38,595 nucleotides of DNA from Hydrurus foetidus. Taxonomy: Eukaryota. The stretch is from contig UYFQ01000241.1 in NCBI GenBank assembly GCA_900617105.1, positions 1 through 38,595 on the forward strand. The letters run 5' to 3'. Position numbers and translations under genes: made by a program. Shown in pieces: positions 12,672 to 23,641 of this stretch. Below the pieces are notes generated by a model, which saw nothing but the letters and a program-made list of their open reading frames with translations, searched no databases and was not told the origin of the DNA. Position 1 is the stretch's first letter. Every line of letters starts with the position of its first letter.

Positions 12672-12933
12672 TGTAGCCTTATGTATCCCTATGAGGATAC
12701 AATGTGTCTAGGTAACTAGGTACAATAGGTACAATACGCCCAGATTCCAGTTTTAGGTCTTAGTTCCAGATAGATCTCTCGTCCTGTTAAAAGACTGTAC
12801 CTCACCTATCCTTTTACTGTAACCTATAATTACAACGTTATCCTAACAACGTCGCTTTCCTTCGTCCCTCCGCTTTCCGCTCCCCGTCCAACCAACTTTC
12901 GTTCCTTCGTTCTAGGCCCCGATCTAGGCCATA
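12672..12933 (+). repeat. 3' LTR
   Basis: Direct repeat of 7216-7477. Confidence 0.95.
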
Positions 12934-13348
12934 ATAAGAAGATTAGATGGCTATAATAATTAAAAATCTTAAAGATACTTGCAAATGATTTCTGATCTTT
13001 TGCAAACAAGTGCTAACGATTCTCTTCAAAAGAATTCAAATTATTCTATTAAATTAGAAGAGTGGGTGTTCTGCATTATGGCATAATTTCAAGCACTATC
13101 TCAATATTCTTCATCATGAAGTTACAAGAATAGACATCAAAAAATGATGCAACCGAACGTTTTTAACGGCATTCATTTTTGACGTTTTTTTCGTGACCTC
13201 GATTAATTAATCAACTTCCATGCATAAAAAAAAATTATCCAGCGTTAGTCCTGTAAAATGAAGACTTTTATCAACACATCAACGGACTTTCAAAAAATAA
13301 ACATATGTCATAGTGATAAAAAATAATCTACTATGTTCGGCAAAATGA

Positions 13349-14221
13349 CTACTTTTCATTTCGTTTTACTCGCTTCTGAATGACTCCTTTGACTCTCCAT
13401 TCGGTTGCAACGTCATCATCCGATTCAGTGGGACCAGTTTGAAACATGTGGTTGGATACAGCTTGAGTAAGTGGTTGAGTTTGTGATAACGGGGTGGGTT
13501 GGGGGAGTTGTGATGCTTTCATTTGTGACAGAGATGGTGGTTTAGATAGTTGCGTAAGTTCAGCTGCAGATGGTGGTAGAGACGAGTATAGATATTGAGT
13601 GGCAGATGGTGGATCAGACGATTGCACATATTTAGCGAAAGAAGTTTGTTGAGATGTTGAGGGGGTAAATTGAGAGTAGAAGGCATCAACCGGATCAGTC
13701 AAACTGTCATTGTTTGCCCCATTCTCATAGCGGTTCCCACTGATGTTTGATTCATTCTCAGAACGACCCGATCGATTACTGCTGTTGCTCGACTCATTGT
13801 CATAACGACCCGATCGATTGCTGCTGTTGGTCGGCTCATTCTCGTAACGACTTGATCGATTGTCACTGCTGGTCGGCTCTTCCCCGTTGCGGCTCAGTCC
13901 ATTCACTTCTCGATTGGATCGGCTACCATTACCGCTATGCTCATTCTGAAATCGATTGGATCGGCTACCGCTTCGCGCAACATCGTCTTGATTAGATCAG
14001 TTACCGTAGCTCCTCTGCTCGTCGTTCACATTGTTCGTATGCTCGTAAGGTCGACTCGAGCTGTTGCTCGTTCCATCATCATTTTTGTCGGTAGTCATCT
14101 CCATAACATCCACTTGGAGTCTTTCTATGTTCTTTTCAGGTCCTTCGGTAACTGCCAGATCAGCTTTGACGATGAAAACATACTGGAGACTTTTGATCCC
14201 ATGCACAGCGATTGGCATCAC
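13349..14221 (-). pseudogene. Harbinger second (accessory) ORF remnant, Ser/Asn/Arg repeat-rich
   Basis: ORFs 13997-14221 and 13349-13906 share a frame and are separated by one TGA where sister repeats have CGA. Repeats of SNRSGRY(D/E)NE. Lies inside the TIRs, convergent with the transposase. Confidence 0.6.
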
Positions 14222-14585
14222 TTTGAAATATAGCGACTATATACTCTGAATTCATATAACTCGTAGGCGGACCACTGGAATCCTAGGAGGAATATTTGCA
14301 TTTTTTTCGTGGACGATCAACCACGAGGCACCTAAACGAAACGTAAACTCGTATGTCGTGTGCCTGTAAGTACCACTAAACCAAAAAAATGTCAAATATT
14401 CCGTACTTCGTGTGCCCTGTAAGGTATGGCCTGAGCCTGAGGCCTGAGCTACGTCGTTTTTTTCTCATAAAAATAAAATAAGAAATGCATCTCAGATCTT
14501 TATCTCACACTGGAGCAGAAATCATCCATGTCCTTGGAGCATATCGTCTTTCTTCATAGTGGCCTCTGATTTCTGACTACTCGAT

Positions 14586-14885
14586 ATGTTCCGTTACGTT
14601 GCATCAAACCAGCAGAAGCTGCTCAGGAGGTCTTGCAGCAGTATCGCAACAAGCACAACCGCCGCCAGCCTATCAGCCGTTCCGCAGAAGGCTGTCGCTG
14701 CTCCAGTCGCATCTAGAAGTGGTTCGATCTTTTTCGAGAGATTTTCGTCTTTTCTTGTTGGATCTGGTCTTGGATTTGGGGGGACATTCTACTTTATACT
14801 GGAAGAATTAAGGGATTCCAACAAGCAGCTAACATCTCACCTGGATAAGTTGAACAAGCGAATTACAGCCGCAGAGGGGAAATGA
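14586..14885 (+). CDS. Small predicted mitochondrial single-pass membrane protein with C-terminal coiled coil
   Basis: Basic, Ser-rich, acid-free N terminus; Gly-rich hydrophobic segment FSSFLVGSGLGFGGTFYFI; heptad-like tail. Confidence 0.75.
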   Translation: MFRYVASNQQKLLRRSCSSIATSTTAASLSAVPQKAVAAPVASRSGSIFFERFSSFLVGSGLGFGGTFYFILEELRDSNKQLTSHLDKLNKRITAAEGK

Positions 14886-15549
14886 ATGGAAACGGGAGAC
14901 TCATTTAGAGGATTGTAACTAGTTCTGCTCAATTTGTCCGTTAACATGATCTAAACGACAGCAAGAAAATGTATCAGATCAGATCAATTCATACCTCAAG
15001 CTTCTCGTTTCCCTGCATAATTCCATATGGATTTTCGAGCGATGTGATTAATTGAGTGGATGCAATTGATGATGAAGAACCATGAGGTGGAAATCGAGAA
15101 GTCTCACAAGACGCGTTGATTCGTTGAAGATTTCCCCCGTATGTAACTTGGAAGTTCATGTGAGATAGTCCATCTCGCTACAACGTTGACACCTGCTTCA
15201 CTATGATATTTCGCCAGCAATTAGGTGATGACATGCGAGACTCACAGCTCATTGTGACCCTGCTGTTACATGCATTTTTACCAGTTGCTAAGCCTCCATT
15301 TCTTCCGAGGAATTATTTTGTGCAGCGGGACTTCCAAGATATCGTATGAAGTTCTATTTCAGCTGTTGCCCCAATAAGATATGTAGATGAATTTCTGAAA
15401 GATTGAGATCGTTTATGAGAATACGTCCGGCGCTTTTGAGGTTTTGCTTCCTCGAAATACAAGTTACAGGAAGTACAAATGTAGAAATATCATGTAAGTG
15501 AAAAACCAAGAATGTGAGCAGCACTGCATCGAAACAAAAAATAATTTAT

Positions 15550-16342
15550 TTATCGCAACCCTCTATCCTGGGCGTTCTTTGAGCTATCAGTGTCTTTGGC
15601 CTGCATTAATTAGAGAGGACGAGATATCATTCAGAAAGGAAATTTAACACCTGGTTCTTTTACACGAGTGGAAGTTACCTGCTTGATAAAGGCAACCCAT
15701 GCATCCTTGCTGTAGTAAAGAGGATGTCCAAGCTTAATTGTCGCTCGTAGATTCAATAAGTAGTATGGGATGGCAACTGAATGGAAATGTTCACATGCAG
15801 ACAAGAGGACATTTATCATTATTCTCATATTTATCATTTTTTTCATCATCATATTTCTGCAGTTTTCGTCGGAAACTTTGTACTCAAGTGAAAACTGTCA
15901 TGGAAGTGAGAGACTGCTCACCAACTTTTTGTAACAAAGACAACCCCACGTACGAGTTGTATCTGTACAAGGTATTCAAATTATTTCCGATTTGCGACAG
16001 ATGCCTGACCCGTAAAGCTCCAGATGCGATAGTGATTGCAATATACACTGGATGCAGTAATAAAACGACTCTGAATTTCCTAATCAGTAATCCCAATAGA
16101 CCAACTCTGAACAAGAAGGTATCTGCCATAGCTATAAAAAGAATAAGAAAAGCTGAAATTTCAACGACTGCTTGAAATCCAAGTAAACCCAGCAGCAGAT
16201 GCGAAGCATTATTGGACGCAGTTTGATTGTTGAAGAGGTCGTAGTCCAGTATGCTATTAAGACCAAGATCGATTACTAAGAAGATGACCATTGCTATCAA
16301 TTTCGAAGTGTTTGTTCGCGGATTCGCGACTTGCTGAGGCAT
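15550..16342 (-). CDS. TMEM138: TMEM138-like ciliary membrane protein; exons 16342-15922, 15776-15679 and probably 15600-15550
   Basis: DTFLFRVGLLGLLIRKFRVVLLLHPVY and LQKVVAIPYY...KLGHPLYY resemble TMEM138. GT-AG introns have compatible phases. Confidence 0.8.
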
Positions 16343-18869
16343 CTTTCAAAATTAGTCGAAATTGTCTTGGGTCTCAGTGTTGATCGTGGAAAGACCATCG
16401 AAAGATTGCTGACATCTCACCACGTCGCAAAGTGCGGGCTGGTTCTTCTCACATATATCTTTTACTGATGTATTACTTGGCCATAGAGTCGAGAGCGCCC
16501 GATTAATTCTGAGGGTGCATTTGAATTCAAAATAAATATGGCGGAACTTGGATCTTGAACATACCCTACATCCCACGGCTTAGATACAGTTAGGATGTCA
16601 ACTGGTTGGCGATTCCAATTTTGCTGGAGTTGTATGACGTATCAGTAGATGTTTATAGCGACCTCTTAGTCAACGTCTAAATGCGCCGAGAAAACGACTT
16701 CGCTTCTCGGATTCGTCTCCAAAAAGTTTGAGTTGTAAAAATGCTGATGCATTCGTCGCTTTAAAATTTATACAATAAGAAGTGTGTGGTAATCTACCAT
16801 GTAATGGCAGAAAATTACGAGGAAACTTTGGTAAGCTCGGCAGCTTTACTCGGAGGTAAGTTGGCAATTATTTGTGGTAGGACGCCGCCCAATTTATCGC
16901 CAAAAGCGGCATTTAGTACGGCATAGTACGCCTTCGCGTCAATTTTTCCCTTCACGAATAAACCACTCTTCTCCTCAAGCACCGCGATGGATACTGTTGG
17001 CTTCAGATTCTGTTATCAAAATGGTGTCGAATATCGGTTAGTTCTGGGGAATCGTGTTGTGTGCTAAGTATCCTGCAGAGGGTGTAGCAAAGTTGGTGAC
17101 AGAAGTTGATTCACATCTTCGAAGCAGAGCAACCATTGGTTTCCATGTGAGTTAATCATGAATGGTGGACGATTATGTGTTTGATGATTCAGCTGGTGTG
17201 TGTCCGGTCTACCTGCGCGACACTTGCACCAGTGGTGGTCTCGGACGTTTCTTCTTTCTTCTTGAAGATTCCGGTTACGAAAGAAATAATTCCTTCGAAA
17301 AAATTGCCCCTCTCGTCAACGGAGTAAGTCGCAGTAAATTCGCGAAGTTGCTTCTCACTGCAAGAAGATGTAGGAAATTGCGACGTGAGTTTTGAACGCT
17401 TCTAAACCAGGGAATTCATCTCTCAATGGTGAATCTAATGCCCCCCCTTCTGGAGATTAAGTAAACCGGACAGACTCCAATCTTGTTACATGTCGGTGGC
17501 ACGGTAGAGGACATCTACGCTTAGCATTCATAATTTGAACTCACCTGAAAAGTTCTCTTGATGAAATGATCACTGGGTTGCTAAAGTCCAGGTTAAAATC
17601 CTGATATGAAGATGATAGTTAGACTCAGAAAATCTCTCGATTACTGCCAATCGCATTGTACATATTGTAATGGAAAGCATGCTACAATGAGAAGGTTTTG
17701 AAGCGTAAGCGAACGTCCACGTCGACAGTAACTACGTATGAAGAGCGGAGTGGCATCGATGAAGTTCTAGGCTAGTAAAGTTTGCAGCTGTCGAGCATTT
17801 CAAAATCATGTTCCGCGTACTACCTCAAATAATCTTGTGTTTGAAGTTGTAACTTTCTGTCTGAAATTGACTGGTTTCAGAGACAGACTGGCAACACAGG
17901 ATAGTATCACGAAAGCGATCACGAAGTTGAAAACTTGAAAGCCGGCTCCCATTTTAAATTGCATTGATTGAGTGCCTTTCACGCGGTATCCAGAAACCAG
18001 TTGTGTTTGATCTGATAGATGTGGTTTCCAACGATAAGATGAAGTACGTTGCTAAACGAAGCCTTAAAGTGAATATAATGCACATGTGCAACTCAAGTTG
18101 AACTTTCAAATAAATCTTTCCCTGAAAAATTTCGCCAAAAAACACCGTCACACATTTGACATCTGTATTTTGTATTTTCTATGGGTGTCGTGTGTGTAGA
18201 AAACGTGTCCCAATTTTTGAAAAAATTGACTGTAGAGCACGTACACACCAACTGCAACTTCTATTTGAAAACGGTCCGCGTGTACCATCAGGGATAATGT
18301 CTCGTACAATTTTTAACTTGTAGACTAACCCTGTAGACGCAACCATTTATATCAATCATATTGGCAAAATAGACGTATATATTATCGCTGTAAGGCAGTG
18401 AATTACGTACTTATCATCAAATAACTGCCGAGAACTTAAATTTATTGAAAGAGATTCACACAGGCGATTTAGCATCTGCAAATTGATAAAGTTGAACTCC
18501 ACATCAGTGAACTCTTCCACAGTGAGGACTGTGTAGGCGCATTCACGAACGTGTAAGCACGAGACAAATGGTGGTAGAGTCCAACATACATAATTATTTC
18601 ACGGCTTTTCCAAGGACCTCTCACCCTTTACCTCTACTCTTGCCCTTACATCTCCAAGTCAACATATCATGCTCCAAAAAAAGAGAAAATTTGAGAATAC
18701 AACATAATTCCACTTGCTGATGTGCCTAAGTATCATAGCCTATAGCCGCTATTGCATCTCATGGAAACCACTACCGCCCGAGATTTCAAGCATGAAAAGA
18801 TTTATCAAAAGAGGGCTTTTCACCATCTCAATACCATACGGCGTATAATTCAGAGTGAGCACCTAGAAT

Positions 18870-19117
18870 CAAGACCCGAGACCCAAGACCCAAGACCCAA
18901 GACCCAAGACCCAAGACCCAAGACCCAAGACCCAAGACCCAAGACCCAAGACCCAAGACCCAAGACCCAAGACCCAAGACCCAAGACCCAAGACCCAAGA
19001 CCCAAGACCCAAGACCCAAGACCCAAGACCCAAGACCCAAGACCCAAGACCCAAGACCCAAGACCCAAGACCCAAACCCAAAACCCAAGGCTGAAGACCC
19101 AAGACCCAAAACCCAAG
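18870..19117. repeat. 7-bp tandem array (CCCAAGA)n / (TCTTGGG)n, roughly 30 units with degenerate ends
   Basis: Directly visible. Variants cccgaga, cccaaa and cccaaaa occur at the edges. Confidence 0.97.
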
Positions 19118-20058
19118 GAGCGAACACGGAATTGAACAGGGAAAACACTTGCACTCCAAATTTCACACTTTCGCTACTTTTGCAAGTCTCGAGACACATA
19201 ATTTCATGTCTTCGAAAGATTAGAATCGTGTCGCACGTTGGCTTTGCTTTCACAAAATGGGATGAATCAGACCCCTTGATACTGACTTACACTCCATGCG
19301 CTGAACTATCCAACTTCTCCCTTGAGGCCCAAACCCATAATTACCAAAATTTCCTACTATGTTTTGACCTGTCGTGTTGTCAAATCCAAGTGTAAGATTG
19401 TTTTTGCAAACTCATTCCGGTTTATTTTTGTATGACTGTCCTGATGACTCACGCCATAGGTGTGTGTCAGTTGTGACCATATAAGTCATTCTATTTGAAA
19501 ATTTGATGACTTTTCGCCGTCATGTGCTTCATCGTCGCCACTTCATACAGTGTTTGTTCACCCAGGATCATGCAAATGGACCACGTCAGTTTGCGTGGAT
19601 TGATTCGAACCTCCCCTGAAACAATATGAGCAACCTTTAACACCGCGCGAACAGGGCTTTCTTTGAGGGCCCTGTAGAGCTGCATGCGTAGGTGTTAAAG
19701 TTCAAAAGGACCGCGCACGTATACCGTACTGTATACTGTATACTGCTTGAATGATTTCGTTTCCCGTATGTACCACTGCAAGACTGCAAGATGGCAAGAC
19801 AGCAGTTCTCTCACTTTTCACGAGACCCCCCCCCCCCCCGCAGAACCCTCGGGACCCAGCTTTCATATTTGGTTCGTATTCCAAAATTTTCAAAATCAAC
19901 CAACATTCATTCTTCAAACTGGTTCCAATCAAATCCAAGAATTGCGGAAAGTTCCAATCAAATCCTCTTTCAGCGATTTGTCAAGCAACGTCACGCTAAA
20001 TTACCACAAAATGCAGAAAGTTTTGCGCTTTTAATTCAAGATCCCAACATCTACCAGA

Positions 20059-20868
20059 ATGTCAAATCCCCAAGAATGGTGGCAACCAACGTCAGGTGGA
20101 GCTGAAGGGCAGGGTGGCGGTAGTGCAGCAGACCAAGCCTCTAACGCCGCCCAAGGCCTCGCTGGCAACCTCACTGGGAACCTTACCGGCGCCCTGCACG
20201 GCGCTGCCGGTGCTGTTTCCGACAAAGCTCACGCTGCGGTCGACAAGGTCGGCCACCCATCCATGCACGGCGTCATTTCTGAAGCCCACAAATCTGTGAC
20301 GAACAAACAGGACACCCATGGCACTGCTGGTGCCACAGGAGCTGTCGGTGCTGTCGGTGCTGCCGGCGCTGGTGTCGCCGCCAGCATCAGCAACGCCTTC
20401 GCCGGTATTGCTGGTAAGCCTGACGCTGCTGGCGCGGGCGTCACCGCCAGCATTAATGACGCTTTCTCCGGTATTATTGGGAAGTCCGATGCTGCTGGCG
20501 CCGGCGTCGCCACCAGCATTAATGACGCTTTCTCCGGTGTTACTGGGAAGCCCGATGCTGCTGGTGCTGGCGTCGTCGCCAGTATTAATAACGCTTTCGC
20601 TGGTATTACTGGCAAGCCCGACACTACCGGCGCTGCCGCCAGCATTAACAGCGCTCTGGGCAGTATCACTGGCAAGCCCGACACTTCAAGCGCCGCCGCC
20701 AGTATTAATAACGCTTTCGCCGGTATTTCTCGTCCGGACGCCAACCAAGCTTTTGCGTCCGCCCAAGATCTTGTCGACAAGCAATTCGCTGGCCAGCCTG
20801 ATGCCGCTGAAGCTCTTGCGGCCGCCCGTGCACTTGTAGACAAGCACGTCCCTGGCAAAGATAATTAA
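20059..20868 (+). CDS. Ala/Gly-rich protein with six 18-22-aa repeats (AAGAGVAASINNAFAGITGKPD), function unknown
   Basis: 269-aa intronless ATG ORF, strongly biased codons (GCT/GCC, GGT/GGC, AAG), with many synonymous differences between repeats. Confidence 0.85.
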   Translation: MSNPQEWWQPTSGGAEGQGGGSAADQASNAAQGLAGNLTGNLTGALHGAAGAVSDKAHAAVDKVGHPSMHGVISEAHKSVTNKQDTHGTAGATGAVGAVGAAGAGVAASISNAFAGIAGKPDAAGAGVTASINDAFSGIIGKSDAAGAGVATSINDAFSGVTGKPDAAGAGVVASINNAFAGITGKPDTTGAAASINSALGSITGKPDTSSAAASINNAFAGISRPDANQAFASAQDLVDKQFAGQPDAAEALAAARALVDKHVPGKDN

Positions 20869-23572
20869 ATTAGACTCAGTTAGTTCAGGCGACGTTTGCC
20901 TGTCCACTCTCCTGCGATTTGCGTCTACAGTGCGCAGCCCAATCCATCCCTCTCCTACGCCATTCGTTCGGCAAGGATGTGCAGTCCCTCACAACTTACA
21001 CAGCCAACACAGAACCAATGTATTTCATGCCTCGACAGTTCCCGCTAAGGATACTGCGCCACGAAAGAGACTGACGAGGATTGATGGAAAGTTTCTTGCA
21101 TGATGAGTGTCCATTAATTAACTCAATGTTCACCACAACCACGCGCTCTTCTCCCCATTTTTCACGGCCCCTAACGAATACGGAAACCTTCACTGGCGAC
21201 AGTTTTGAGAACGCTTTGATGTCAATAGTACGTATGTGTTCACAAAGCACAGGCCTCCACAGATTCACCAACTAAGACATATCTGTCTCCCAAACAGTCA
21301 TTGCTCATCATGAGTGCATCACGTGAATCTTACTGCAGAACTGAGGACCACCCTCACTCAGAAATTGAATAGTATTGTATTGCGACTGCTACTGAGAAGG
21401 TTCATCACTAGGGGCAGTCTGAGAGAAGGAGAGACACAAGCGTACATCGTAAAGCGCTTTTTGAGTGCTATTGGTCTAGACTGCAAGTACAGTACACTGA
21501 GACTGACATTCGCAATAAAGCTGTTTGAAAAAATCAGTATTTTAATTTGGACAATGAACAGCTCAGTACAGTGCATCAAAACTGCTAAGTAATTTCATCA
21601 ATGAAAGGGTTTCCGAACGAGAGTGTTTGTTGACCCATGCGGTGCAGTTCAGGAGATATTGTACAGCTTAATCGTTTGCGACTCTCTCCTGTATTACTGA
21701 CTACAGTTAGGCCGTTTAGTATATAACATGTTGAAGGAGACACGCATGAGCAATGCAATAATGTGAACGAAAAATCTTCTGTGAGATTTAGATTTTCTGA
21801 TGTAACAGCCTTCGACAGAATCTGATAGTAGCACTTCCATCCCTACTCATCGTCATTAGTGTGACTGCTGCTCCTGCTGCTGAAGTGTCGATGTAAGACG
21901 GTTGCGGTACTGATATATCATCAACGCACCATCGACATCATGCTGTGCGATGCACTTAATAATCAATGTCAACGTCGTCGTAATTGGCACTCTGACATGG
22001 ACTTCTGCTGGCGTTGGTTCTCTTCGTCATAACTTCACATTAAAGCATGCTTTACCAGCGATGATTTCCCATGCATCTGCATTGATTGACACCGTCAAGG
22101 CAGGTCAACTCAATACTTTAGGATGGCTGCGTCCATGATTATTTCCGATTCTCCCCTGAATATGAATCTCAGAGAAGCGACATTTCTGGAGGCGAAACAA
22201 ACAGGCGGCTCTTGCAATCGTCGGAAGACTAGCCTAGATTAATATCCTATTGTAGTTTCACATACTCTCGAAGTCGATTATTGATGAAAGACAAATTTCC
22301 GTTCCCTCCACGATGGTATCATTTGATAATGGCATCTTGTCAGTCCCCCGTCTCCAATCTGCTGGAAACTATGCATTACATCTCCAGGAAAAGAAGTTGA
22401 AAATGGAGAGGTGCAGAAGAAGTAAGGGATCACGGCTGGTCCCCTGATTCTGATGTCAATCCATCGTAGCTTGCGGTTGCACACAGATCAGATGCTCCTC
22501 ATCACATCTCGAGATTGATGAAATAGTAACTCTTATCAAAAGTCACTGTGTCCGAGATATCCGCCGATTATAGCAATGGTAGTGTGAAATCAAGAGGATT
22601 TGGGCCACACTTTTTCACGATTGCTGAGAGATCACTTCCCATCAAAATTGAAAGACGTGCAAGAATCTCCCTTCATGGAAATGCAAAGTTTCATCGTCGC
22701 TTTGACGGTTGATATCGTCATAAAGTGAACTGAACGTCGTTACCACAATAACTTGATTACTAGCAGTGAGTGATTGTCATCAAGCTATACGCGCAACTCC
22801 TCATTGCGCCCCACACCGTACGATGTCAAGTCTTCGTCGTTCATTTCCAATTCACGGCGGAATCACAGCACCCTAGCAGCAACTCAGAACTGCAGCAGCT
22901 CGAGCTGTATTACCGTAGCAGAATAAAATATCCGCTTTTCATGCCCAAAATCCAACTCAAACGTGTGGCATGGTCAAAAACTGACCCCACACCATACTAA
23001 AAATTAAAAAGAGGAAGGTTCCCCAGTTCTATTCCTCTGTATTCTCGCCGCTATCCGGCCATAAGATACCGTACCTCCCGGTTAAGGGGTTAGCCTTTAA
23101 AGAACCCTTAAACCGGATAGGTACTCGTGAAAATGGGCTACTAATTAACTCTTGTGAATCGCCCTACAAGTGGCGTCACTCGCGCGCCTACTATTGCCCA
23201 CCCACCCTATCCGCGTAGCCGCTGACTCAGTCGGCTGCGCTGGAATAGGATGGACCGTGGACCCAGATAAGCCCTTCACCCACCACAACCTAGGGCGCTG
23301 CTGGTTGTCTTGTACAGTGGTCTTCGCTGCACATGTGACTTCTCGCTATCATGCTCAGGTCATTAAGTCATGATACCCCGCCGCGAAACATCCTCTGCCC
23401 TGCAGCTGTCCTCGGTGACGCCCACTCTGTGCGGAAGTCAAATCTTCTATCCTGAGGTCGCGCTCTGTCCGACTCAAGCGGCTAGCTCGAACCCAAGCGG
23501 TTACTCCAACGTTTGTCACGCACTAGCGCTTGTTGAAGGCTTGCACTGGGCAGCCACTGCGCCACGCTATGC

Positions 23573-23641
23573 TGCACTTCACTGTGCCGCACTGTACTGT
23601 GCTGCACTACACTGTGCTGCACTGTACTGCACTGTACTGCA
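23573..23641. repeat. Degenerate 5-bp microsatellite (cactg/tactg/tgctg)
   Basis: Directly visible. Confidence 0.8.

Larger units (their letters stand above)
7216..12933 (+). mobile_element. Full-length Ty3/gypsy LTR retrotransposon (chromovirus), frameshifted
   Basis: 262-bp LTRs, gag with CCHC knuckle, PR-RT-RNaseH-IN-chromodomain order, PPT, ATAA duplication at 7212-7215 and 12934-12937. Confidence 0.97.
6566..12956 (+). pseudogene. Harbinger-type DDE transposase C-terminal half (6566-7215 joined to 12938-12956)
   Basis: GARNDKTIVKFD, LIVDGGYHKW and ESIRKDVECTFSILKGRF motifs. Two frameshifts, a stop at 6992-6994, and the first catalytic Asp region is missing. Removing the LTR element restores LVEHFCYKYRNKKIRWL*. 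Confidence 0.85.
6253..14431 (+). mobile_element. PIF/Harbinger DNA transposon, degenerate, with nested LTR retrotransposon
   Basis: Perfect 19-bp TIRs ggccataccttacagggca / tgccctgtaaggtatggcc. TGA TSD at 6250-6252 and 14432-14434. Transposase remnant on + and a convergent second ORF on -. Confidence 0.9.

Noticed and set aside
16987..17775. Decayed coding-like region
   Set aside because: Multiple stops and no motif I can assign.
18752..19253. PKTQDPR / GSWVLGL repeat proteins
   Set aside because: Translations of a stop-free 7-bp array, open in several frames.
21000..22900. Fragmentary ORFs, possibly an old pseudogene or transposon
   Set aside because: No consistent frame or recognisable domain.
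23071..23124. HDV-like ribozyme or telomerase RNA template (aacccttaaacc)
   Set aside because: The L3 loop is too short for an HDV fold. The putative template is buried in a stem and matches no repeat seen here.
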